DNA of 63,871 nucleotides, counting the filler, from Octopus bimaculoides (lineage: Eukaryota), in NCBI RefSeq assembly GCF_001194135.2. It is 9 parts of 7 records of this genome, joined end to end, with 100 filler letters (N's around TTAATTAATTAA, not from the genome) between each part and the next. Parts side by side here need not be neighbours in the genome. Positions count along the whole stretch, not along the records: positions 40,191 to 57,696 come from NC_068983.1; positions 57,797 to 59,758 come from NC_068983.1; positions 59,859 to 62,450 come from NC_068995.1; positions 62,551 to 63,871 come from NW_026327709.1; 5 more parts are not named here. The stretch is one strand, 5' to 3'. The notes under the pieces are model-generated. The model did no database searches. It saw only the letters and a program-made list of their open reading frames with translations, and was not told the DNA's origin. Both the position numbers and the translations under genes were made by a program. This document shows, one piece after another, positions 53,521 to 63,871 of this stretch (position 1 is its first letter; each line of letters begins with the position of its first letter).

Positions 53521-54299
53521 AAATAGATGCCAATAATTACCGCAACAGATATTGTCCTGAGTATAAAACTTTTAAGTGAATCCAGCCATGGAACCTTGTT
53601 TTTGGATCACCGGGGTTTTAAAGAAATCGAACTACCTCTTAGCCTTTAGTGTTCTTTGATGTTCGTTGGCATGGAAAGTAGCACCTGTCAATGTCCCAGT
53701 CATGAGATGAGCAACATGTCCGTTGGGGGTGTCTGTTAGTGGTCTTTTTCCGAAGGTCACTGACAGATATCCCCAACGGACTCAGGAATGAGGAAGCCCA
53801 CCAGCTCTTTAGCTGCTCATTTAGGAGAAGGTACTCAGTCTGTGGAACTTGTTGCACCTGAACAAATACAAGTTTAAAGATCGGGAGAGCAGTGATGGCT
53901 CTGCACAAACCATGAATAATGAACTCTGTTTCCGTGTGGAAGAAATTTATTGGGTGTTTATATATAGCTAAGGCGATTAAGAAGATGGTACCATACAGAA
54001 AATCCTGAGAGGGAAGGAAATTTAAGACGGGCAAGTACGGTTATAATTAATCAATATCCATCATCTCATGCGGCGTGAAGGATGCGGTGAACTTATCAAT
54101 TTGTCTTTTCTTCAAGGCGTATCCATCAGTAGAGCAGTGGTAAATGCATTTGGAACGAGGCACTTGCTTCTGGAAACAGTCATGGCATAGCAGGTTTGAT
54201 TCAGTTACTGACTCCGCAATACCATCGACTAACGGAAGAAACATTTTCCTAACAATTTTCTAATAGTTTTCACCTTCACATTTCATTTGAATATGAATT

Positions 54300-54510
54300 A
54301 ATAATGGATCTCAAATTTTGGCACAAGGCTAGCAAGTTACAAGAGGAGCGGGGGATACGTCAATTACATCGATCTTAATGCTCAACTGGTGCGTATTTTA
54401 TCGATCCTAAAAGGATGAAAGGCGAATTTGAACTTAGAACGTATAGACGGACGAAATGCCGCAAACAAAGTATTTTACCCGGCGTGCTAACGATTCTTTT
54501 AGCTTGCCGC
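54300..54510 (-). mobile_element. SINE family A
   Basis: Reverse complement of the family A body and head. Confidence 0.75.
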
Positions 54511-56217
54511 TTTGAATATGAATTAATAAATGAAAATCTGTGAGCATGAATAGGAAAATGCTTTTTGCAAAATTCAAAAGCAAATATCCTGAAACAATAA
54601 AACTCTCATCTCACAGTTTAATACCTTCTGAAAGTACCATTTTATCAATTCCAAAGCATTTTTGTCTGATAGCCTTTAGCAAACTTTTAGGCTGCTATTA
54701 GCAAATATATCTTTCTTATTTTAGATTTGGTGCTGATACTTTTTTCGAGCTCCTGTGCGATAAGTCGTAGTATTCAGCTTAGCAGAAATGAACTATATAG
54801 AAACTAATTCTTATAAGACAGCAACGACAACTGTTACAGTTTTTTCCATAAATCTACGCAAAATATCAGATCTCACTTTAAAAGAAAGTACACCATGCTA
54901 AGAAAGCATGTTGCCACATGATATAAATACATTATACTCATCCCTTTGTATCGCTACCCGATCGTATAATGTTATATAAAAAATCTGGATAGAAGGATGA
55001 GAAAAATGTTTCTTTTAAAATATTTCGAGAAACCGCCCTAACTGCATTATTATCTAGCAAAAGCAGAATGCGAATTTTATAACATTTCAAAAGGTTAACC
55101 ATGTCTTCTGCATGAAATATATTCATTTGAGAAATTATAAGAAAAAGAATTGTTAACCCAAGAAAAAATAAATAGGAATTACAGGATCAAAGAGAAAAGA
55201 TTTTAAAGTAACACTAACAATTGAGAATCACTCTCTCTCTCTCCCCCACACACCACACACAATCTATTTATAATGCGTATTTTGGTTTAATTTAATAATG
55301 AAATCTCAAGAAATCAATAGTTATGCTGTAGGACTTTTTCTTGAAATGGTTTAGAATTGAATTCTTTTTCTAAACAGGTCTGATTGGAGAAGGAAAAATT
55401 TGGACACTCTTCTTCTTCATCAACCTTTCTCTTGTTTGTTCTCTAAAATACTAAAGTACTTAAGCAACATGAGAAAACTTCTCGCAAAATATAGATTAAT
55501 TCCATTTAATCTCACAATATATGCCGTATAAAAGTGACGAACGTCAAAAGTGCCACACGTCCCATTTGACACAAAACAAAATATTTTTATGTATAAATCT
55601 GAAAATAACATCAAAACAAATTGTGCGCGTTCAGCTGCCACTGGTATTCACACCAATAAATTTGTTTCGATATTCAATAATAATTTTGTACAATATGTTT
55701 GAATAAAATTCTCAGACCAAAATTTCCTTTCGTTCATCTGATATCGATGATATACGAAAGAATCATGCACTAGAGTATTTCAATAGCTAAACATGTTTTG
55801 AAAACAAATACATTATCGTTTATAATAGAAGATATCGTATACGAATGCGTGTATGTAAACAATGCGATGTAAGATAGAACACCTTGGTAATTAGTATATA
55901 TGCATATTTCAAGAATTATAGCTCTTTCACTAGTACCACATTCAACCTATAAACTATCTCTGAATGCATTACTTAAATACCCACTAAGTTTAGCGTCATA
56001 AAATAATTAGACGACTTCACATATTAAACACATTTGTGGCAACTAGCACTTGCTAAGAAGAACACAGTATGTCGCTTTGCATATGCATATACGACCATTA
56101 CCTAGTTTTCTATCTTCGATCGCATTGTTTACATTGCCGTATTCGTATACGAGATAAGGTAACTTTCAGTGCTCTCTCTGAAATCTAAAGAAAAAATGTG
56201 AAAAGAAAATTTTAATG

Positions 56218-56259
<42 letters not shown>

Positions 56260-56350
56260 GCGGCGAGCCGGCAAAATGGTAGACACGCTGGGTGAAATGC
56301 TTAGCGGTATTTCGTCTACTGGGAGGTGAGTTGAGCCCATGTGGCGCAAA

Positions 56351-56419
56351 GGAGCGAAGAGAGAAGATTAATCCCTGTTCACGGCGAAGACAGCAGTATG
56401 GTTGGCCCCTGTGCAAGGA
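56351..56419 (+). pseudogene. U6 snRNA-like core fragment with internal insertions
   Basis: ggagcgaagagagaagatta resembles U6 GGAACGATACAGAGAAGATTA. tggcccctgtgcaagga matches U6 TGGCCCCTGCGCAAGGA at 16 of 17 nt. Same order, separated by 32 nt instead of GCA. Confidence 0.55.
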
Positions 56420-56529
56420 CAATCCGAACACAGGCAGGTGTTGTAAAGAATGACCGGTAGAGCGGAAATGGCACGAGACCGGGGTGTCGTTGCAGATCAG
56501 TTTTCATTTGTTAACTGTTAAATACTCAA

Positions 56530-56907
56530 TTCTTTTTTCTTATATTTGTTTCAGTCATTTGACTGCGGTCATGGTGGAGTACCGCCTTTAGTCGAACAAA
56601 TTGATCCCAGGACTAATTCTTTGTAAGCCTAGTACTTATTCTATCGCCCCCTTTCGCCGAACCACTAAGTGACGTGGACGTATGCACACCAACATCGGTT
56701 GTCAAGCGATGGTGGTGGTACAAACACAGCCACACAGACATATACATATATAAACATCGGTATTTTTTCAGTTTCCGTCTACCAAATCCACTCACAAGGC
56801 TTTGGTTGGCCCAAAGGTATAGTAGAAGACACTTGCCAAGGTGCCACTCACTGGGACTGAACCCGGAACCATGTGGTTGGTAAGCAAGCTACATACCACA
56901 GCCACAA
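56530..56907 (-). mobile_element. Full-length SINE family B
   Basis: Reverse complement of 19612-20003. Confidence 0.9.
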
Positions 56908-57664
56908 AAAAAAATTCTCCGCTTCAAATGGATATATGTACACAATAGACAATAATAAAAAGAAATGGAGAGTTGAAAGTGACATATGTTAATTTATTAA
57001 CATAATATTATAATCATTTTTGGAGTTTTGCGGTTCATCTGTTTCTTTCGTACCTATAGAAACTTACACATACTATATTTACTTGAGTTTGTTTACATTA
57101 AAAAAAAAAACGAAAAAAACTAAGTAACTATTGACTGAATTCTTCACGTAAACATTAGTATAGATAATAAATGACTATAGTATGATTTATAAACTTAAAG
57201 CTCATTATAATATTATTTAGTGTTGCCATGGTATGTATGAAGGATATTTTTCTGAGAAATTTTGTTTTGTGTATGATGTAATTTCATTAATAGTATAGAA
57301 CTGAGAGTCAATATTTACTCTTTTACAATAGATTAGTAACGAATTGTTTCTGTTCTAAAATACTAACGCGCAGAAATATACTTCAATTAATATTCTTAAA
57401 TATACAGACACATATTTTATAACCGTTATATTAATTTTTATATCATTTTATTTTATTCATAAATTTGAAAATTTAAACATTATTATTGACTCTCACACTT
57501 ACAAATTTAAACATATATTCAGTCTGTTTTACGATTTCAATTTTCTCATATGTTATTGTCGTCCAGTTTACCCTGACGAGATTCTTACTAAAATATTTCC
57601 ATAATGTAAACTTTCGGCTTTTGAGTTGAATTGAACCAATTGAAGGGATTATATTTATTCTTAT

Positions 57665-57696
<32 letters not shown>

Positions 57697-57796
57697 NNNN
57701 NNNNNNNNNNNNNNNNNNNNNNNNNNNNNNNNNNNNNNNNTTAATTAATTAANNNNNNNNNNNNNNNNNNNNNNNNNNNNNNNNNNNNNNNNNNNN

Positions 57797-57868
<72 letters not shown>

Positions 57869-57870
<2 letters not shown>

Positions 57871-58088
57871 TTTAAAATTAGCTCGAAGCATAAGGCGACA
57901 AAAAACATCAACCTGTTTAGAAATAAGAGCTAAAGTCCTAATTCAACCACCGGAAGGTACCAAAATAATAGAAAATAACAGTATGCGAGGGAACGGATAA
58001 AGAATTAAGACATTAGAAAGCATACATCTAAAGATTATGCCATTCAAATGCTTTTTTGCATCCTTATGCTTCATGCTAATTTTAAATT
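57869..58088. mobile_element. MITE-like element, ~37-bp TIRs
   Basis: aatttaaaattagctcgaagcataagg / ccttatgcttcatgctaattttaaatt. Confidence 0.65.
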
Positions 58089-58192
58089 GTATAGCTATTT
58101 AATGCTATTAAACCTGTGAACCGCCTATGTTACTGCTGTTTATATTATCAATTAAAAATATTCACCACAGATGATATTAACAATAGTAACCT

Positions 58193-58546
58193 TAAAGTAA
58201 GAGTACGTTGTCAACTTAATGTGACAGTCCCATGAAGGGGAAGAATGCTACTGTTATTTAGCCCTAGGAAACATTGCTTCCTGTTGGACTCGACACATTT
58301 CTTGTGTCCTTATGTTTTCAAAGTGAAGATAAGCACCCCACCCAGCAAAGTCAGCATCCAGAGACTAGTTTCAGAGTCACTGCTCATCATCAGTCTAGAG
58401 TAGCATGGCTTGCTAGCTGTCGATGCCTATCCACGTTTGAAAACATGTATAGCCCTAGGAAACGGTGTTTCCTAGGGCTAAATAACAGTAGCATTCTTCC
58501 CCTTTATGGGACTGTCACATTAAGTTGACAACATACTATCACTTTA
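58193..58546. mobile_element. MITE with ~80-bp TIRs
   Basis: 58193-58272 is a near-perfect inverted repeat of 58466-58546. Confidence 0.8.
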
Positions 58547-58619
58547 TCGTGCTGCTACTGCATAAATCTCTGAGAAATTCAGAAATGTATTATTTCTATT
58601 TTCAGTAACATCTTACTTC

Positions 58620-58790
58620 GAATGTAAACATTCTCTTTTACTTTTTCACTTGTTTCAGTCATTTGACTGTGGCCATGCTGGAGCACTAGCTTTAGTCGAG
58701 GACTTATTCTTTGTAAGACTTATTCTTTGTAAGCTTAGTACTTATTCTATCGGTCTCTTTTGCCGATCTGCTAAGTTACGGGGACATAAA
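58620..58790 (-). mobile_element. SINE family B 3' fragment with a 16-bp tandem duplication
   Basis: gtttcagtcatttgactgtggccatgctggagc...; gacttattctttgtaa twice. Confidence 0.75.
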
Positions 58791-58839
58791 AACATAAAAA
58801 CATAAAAACATAAAAAACAGAGTTGGAACTCTTTTAAAT

Positions 58840-58875
<36 letters not shown>

Positions 58876-59096
58876 ATTTAAAATAGTTCCAACTCTGTTT
58901 TTTATATATATATAATGCAAAGAATATATATACATGTATACACACATATATGTACATACTTACATCTACATGTGTATATATATATATATGCATATCAGGG
59001 TACAGGACGTTAGAACAATGAACTACAGACAACGGAATGAACACATAGGAAAACGGAAAGCCACTTGGAATATTCCTTCATCAGCTGTCTCTATTC

Positions 59097-59133
<37 letters not shown>

Positions 59134-59536
59134 GTACATATATATATATATACATAGATACATACATAAACACACACACACACACACACATACACAGATA
59201 CACACTTGAGAAACACTCTGGGGAACACTGTGTTCATTTCTGTTTTCAGAAAAATTACAGTGTTTGATTCAACTTTCTTGACATCGAGATTTTATATTGA
59301 TTATTAGACTTGTCATACAAATTAACTTAGTGCATTGGGAATATATTTTCTTATTGTGTGAAAATAATAGAACAGACCATCGGAATTTATTCTGCATTTT
59401 GTGTTGTATTTGAATTTATATATTCCCTCTTCTCCGTCTCTTTTTCTCTCTTTTCTCTCTTTTCTCTCTCTCTCTATCTTTGTCACTTCTTCACTCTCTC
59501 TCGTATTACATGTATGCGGTGCCCGATGAGTATGTC

Positions 59537-59537
59537 A

Positions 59538-59593
<56 letters not shown>

Positions 59594-59610
59594 GTCTGTC
59601 TGTCTATCTG

Positions 59611-59685
<75 letters not shown>

Positions 59686-59710
59686 GTCTGTCTGTCTGTC
59701 TGTCTATCTG

Positions 59711-59758
<48 letters not shown>
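59537..59758. repeat. (TCTA)n/(TCTG)n microsatellite, representative of dozens of di-, tri- and tetranucleotide arrays (e.g. 24-66, 305-380, 2395-2452, 4929-5023, 22745-22820, 31085-31168, 34848-34960, 36288-36495, 38650-38770, 57797-57866)
   Basis: Direct reading. Many N-gaps abut (TA)n or (CA)n arrays. Confidence 0.95.
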
Positions 59759-60099
59759 NNNNNNNNNNNNNNNNNNNNNNNNNNNNNNNNNNNNNNNNNN
59801 NNTTAATTAATTAANNNNNNNNNNNNNNNNNNNNNNNNNNNNNNNNNNNNNNNNNNNNTATATATATATATATATATATCAAAGAGAGGCACGGAAATAT
59901 CCTCGAACCTAAGACTTCGAATCTTTCAGGATCAGACCTTTGACATAATACCAAAGCTGAAAAATTCCAGAAGTGTTGCAATGTCTTTCGATATAAATAG
60001 TTCACTAATATAGTTACCCTTACGCAATGTAGTGCAACATTTACATTCTCATATTAAACGAAACATCAAAATGAAATTGACGGATATAAGTGTAATAAG

Positions 60100-60650
60100 T
60101 CTCTAGCCAAACAACATTGTCGTTAATTATGCATTAATATTGTCTTTTATTAGTAATTAAGCGTCAACTCGTGCACTTATAACGATTGCAGCAACAATAC
60201 AAAAATTAAAACAGCTAAACTTAAACGAGACATATTATAATATTTAGCTAAACGTGAAACTTACATCACTCTTAAAGACCACAAGGAGGACTTCATCTCT
60301 AGTTCAAGATACTAAATTAACCAACACTGATAAAAGTAAGATCTGATTAATTAGCAAACAGGTTTGAAATAGCATTAATAACAGAATTAGGAAAGTCATT
60401 AACCTCTGATATTCTAACAATGATAAAACTATAATCAACTGGTTTAACAACATTAGAAATAAAAGTGAACGAAAAGCGAATGCAAGTTGACTCAGTTCAA
60501 CATTCTTAAACTCTATCCTTTCGTTTCAAATCATTGTTCACCAGCGCTACTGACATTGCTCAGATATACAGCGCTATTAATAAAAAAGACAAATAGTATT
60601 CGACGCGCTCATTCGATCTATTAGAAATAGCAGCTAAATCTTCCTCCTCT
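60100..60650 (+). mobile_element. Penelope-like reverse-transcriptase N-terminal remnant
   Basis: ETYITLKDHKEDF...ISKQ...INNRIRK...INWFNNIRNK...QFNILKLYP motifs with stops and frameshifts. Confidence 0.7.
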
Positions 60651-61258
60651 AAAGCAAGCCCTAGCCTCTAATAAAAAAAAAAGGAGGGTGTATGGATCAC
60701 ATGCATTCTCTTGTTCAAAGTCGCAAATCTTATACCATTATTGATTGGATTGAAGTCATCTTGAGGAAACAAAATTTATTTCAATGAATGTTTCATTTGA
60801 AAGGCTGAAAGGAAAATTAAAATACCTGTATTTCAGTTACACTTCTTCCATCAGAAATATAGAGTTGAGAAACACCAGCAGACTACACAATGACATTCGT
60901 AGATTGAAGAACACCAGAAAAGTATTCAAAACACAGAGGGAAGTTTTGGAACAATAAAAACATTGCATCAACAGAAGCAGAAGTTGCAGCATAACTAAAT
61001 TGCAGCATAACTAAAATAATGATTATTTTAATAATTATTACTTTGTATTTTATTATAGTTCTTTTTAGTGTATTTACTTATTACATTTTTCTATATGTGA
61101 CTGTGATTTTTCATGGATGCGTTCAGGAACTGTGGTTCTTTGCTCTAAATTATATATTTATATATTATATACTGTGAAACTTAATTATAATTATAATTTT
61201 GATAAATTAAATTGATTTAAGTTTTAACCTGTAAATTTGGATTTTTATCCATATCGCT

Positions 61259-61541
61259 GACCACTACACACATTTTTTTTCTTTCCTTGTTTCTCTCCTT
61301 GTTTCTTTCTGTGTTCCGTTCTATAGAAGAGCGTAGGCTCGAAACATTAAAGACTTTTTCAATTCCCGAGCGTTATACTAATACATCTATTTGTTTTCTA
61401 CACCATCTGTCTTCGTCTGCTGGGTTTTTTTTTTTGTGAATTCTCCCTATATATATATATAATTAAATAGTGCAATACAATAGTATTGCTGTCCAGTAAG
61501 ACAAAGCTCCATAAGGTTTAAGTATATAAAGAGTGAATCTT
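61259..61541 (+). repeat. Segment duplicated apparently exactly at 62168-62450 (carries PLE pLTR/hammerhead-like motif)
   Basis: About 283 bp read as identical; the second copy is bounded by N-gaps on both sides. Confidence 0.85.
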
Positions 61542-62115
61542 TACTATATCGTCGTACATTATCGACTACTATTTCCAGTCAATATTGGTGCATTGTTGAA
61601 CCACTATTTAATTCACACCCAAAGCATATATGTATATATATATATATACGAGGCATATTTCTCTATGCACGTATGCACGTTATGTATTGCATGTATAAAT
61701 GCATCGATGGCTGAATGAATACATCCAGGCATGTATTAAATTCTTACCTACATCACAGGTCAATATTATGAATTATTATTGACTTAAATTGTTACAAGAT
61801 ATTACTGGTATCTTATTTTATTTACATTTGATTTTATTTACATTTTTACCATTCATAGAGGACGGCTTCTGTGTCGATTGCTGTATGACTTCACCTTACA
61901 GTGTTAATTATTGAGAGAAAATACTTTAAGCCTAAATGGCCCATTCTATTAGCAATATATTTCCCATTATCGTTATTGAGACACCTGCAAAACACTTATA
62001 AACACACGCATATACACACAAATACAATGGCGGCTATATAGAGCCATTGCACACACACAAACACGTACACATACACATATACACATATATATGTATGCAT
62101 ATATGTACTTATACT

Positions 62116-62148
<33 letters not shown>

Positions 62149-62799
62149 TATATATATNNNNNNNNNNACCACTACACACATTTTTTTTCTTTCCTTGTTT
62201 CTCTCCTTGTTTCTTTCTGTGTTCCGTTCTATAGAAGAGCGTAGGCTCGAAACATTAAAGACTTTTTCAATTCCCGAGCGTTATACTAATACATCTATTT
62301 GTTTTCTACACCATCTGTCTTCGTCTGCTGGGTTTTTTTTTTTGTGAATTCTCCCTATATATATATATAATTAAATAGTGCAATACAATAGTATTGCTGT
62401 CCAGTAAGACAAAGCTCCATAAGGTTTAAGTATATAAAGAGTGAATCTTTNNNNNNNNNNNNNNNNNNNNNNNNNNNNNNNNNNNNNNNNNNNNTTAATT
62501 AATTAANNNNNNNNNNNNNNNNNNNNNNNNNNNNNNNNNNNNNNNNNNNNCACCATGCCAAGTAATAAAATAATCTTTAAAATCATCATGTATGTGACTA
62601 TGTGTAATTTCAACAGTCCAGTTTGCCACTAGAAATGAGAGGGAGAAAACTGGACATCAGTGACAACAAAGTTCCAAAATGAATAAACTTAAAACATCAA
62701 TTACTTTTATAAGGAGGAAGATTTAAAAGGAAATTATAAGAACATGATTGGAAAATATTGTCTCTGATCTTCTACCATAGTTTATTACAGTTTTTACAT

Positions 62800-62935
62800 T
62801 TAGGTGGGACTGTGTAGGAGGAAGTTTGCTTCTCAGCCACATGGTTCTGGGCAAGTGTCTTGTACAAAAGCTTTGGGTCAACCAAAATCTTGTGGGTGGA
62901 TTTAGTGAATGGAAACCTAAGGGAACCCATCGTAT
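62800..62935 (+). mobile_element. SINE family B 5' fragment
   Basis: gggactgtgtaggaggaagtttgcttctcagccacatggttctgggcaagtgtc. Confidence 0.6.
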
Positions 62936-63264
62936 ATATATATATATATATATATATATAATGGTACTTTTTTATATAAGCTTAAAGCTTATGGTGATCA
63001 TCGTGCAATGACTAAGGAAAATAATTTAATAAAGGGGCATATAAGCCCTCAACAGAAAAAAAGGCTTTCCTATCTGCATTGGAGTTGAACCCTGTTCCTT
63101 TTGTTAACATGGCTAAGTGTATTACCTTTACACCAGCAAATCAGTCTCCCTTTTCTGGTCAAATTTAAGAACTATAATCGTTCGTGTTTGCTTTTCTATA
63201 TGTAAACAAACTTTCTATATGCTTTTGGTGTGAATGGTTTTTTTATACGGCACCATTTTTACAA

Positions 63265-63390
63265 TACTCATCATCATCGTTTAACGTCTGCTTTCTATGC
63301 TGGCATGGGCTGGACGATTTGACTGAAGACTGGTGAACCAGATGGCTACACCAGGCTCCAATCTGATTTGGCAGAGTTTCTACAGCTGGC
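63265..63390 (-). mobile_element. Probable RTE LINE 3' end
   Basis: catcatcatcgtttaacgtctgctttctatgctggcatggg: (ATG)n-type tail and typical 3' UTR on the minus strand. Confidence 0.5.
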
Positions 63391-63706
63391 AAAATAATAA
63401 TAATGGTATTTGTGTATATTGAAACATATGTGGTGAATGCAGAAAATATGCATTAAGACTAGAGAGAAAAAGTGATATGAATAAATTTTAATTGAGAAAA
63501 TTTCATTTCATTGCAAATTCATGCCATTGATCTCTCTGACTTATCTCCCTTAGTTCATTAAAAAAAATTTTAATTATACAAAATGTACTGACTCAAATTT
63601 ATTTGCTGTAGTTTTTCTATATGTAAAAATCAGTGTCATTTGGAATAACTAAACTATCCTAATGAGGTCTAACAGACTGAAGCATAACCATTGTTGTCCC
63701 CCTTAC

Positions 63707-63842
63707 CTGCAAATAAAGACCAGACTTCCCTTCTTGATAATCATTTAAATTACTTTGAGAAATTAATTCCATTGTCTTAAAATTTCTTCGCCTTTTCTTT
63801 AAGAGTCTCCAACAATTGCCTCTAGATTTTTCCTTTCTTCAT
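63707..63842 (-). CDS. Candidate exon containing 5'UTR plus start codon (ATG at 63772)
   Basis: Acceptor atttcatttttag|, donor CAG|GTAAGG. All frames from the acceptor hit stops, but acaATGg (good Kozak context) gives MELISQSNLNDYQEGKSGLYLQ to the donor in phase 0. Confidence 0.3.
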
Positions 63843-63871
63843 CTAAAAATGAAATTCCAATAAGTATTTTT

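Noticed and set aside
56098-56186. Minus pseudo-exon with strong splice sites and a kinase-like PYLVYEYGNVNNAIEDR peptide
   Set aside because: All frames from the strong acceptor contain stops and no other kinase subdomains were found; such sites occur by chance in AT-rich DNA.

Overview
AT-rich, gap-rich eukaryotic scaffold. The SINE families and microsatellite load look like a coleoid cephalopod (octopus-like); this is inferred from pattern recognition, not a database search. It is mostly intronic or intergenic repeat. The only firmly recognisable host gene is SNF8/EAP30/Vps22 (ESCRT-II): two consecutive + strand coding exons at 37630-37680 and 38822-38960. Its first exon and all later exons could not be found in the sequenced bases. 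A few phase-compatible - strand candidate exons (27579-27690, 21044-21100, 20742-20820, and separately 63707-63842) suggest an unidentified gene. The rest is tRNA-derived SINEs and remnants of Penelope-like, R4/Dong-like, RTE, L1/Tx1 and CR1-like retroelements, Tc1/mariner/maT elements, MITEs and a Helitron. Most long ORFs in the track are artefacts of microsatellites or N-gaps. Eight 100-bp gaps contain a synthetic TTAATTAATTAA spacer. The most unusual signals are a U6-snRNA-like core with insertions fused to a SINE head (56351-56419), several minimal hammerhead-like motifs, (TAA)n-embedded retroelements, and palindromes centred on (TA)n.
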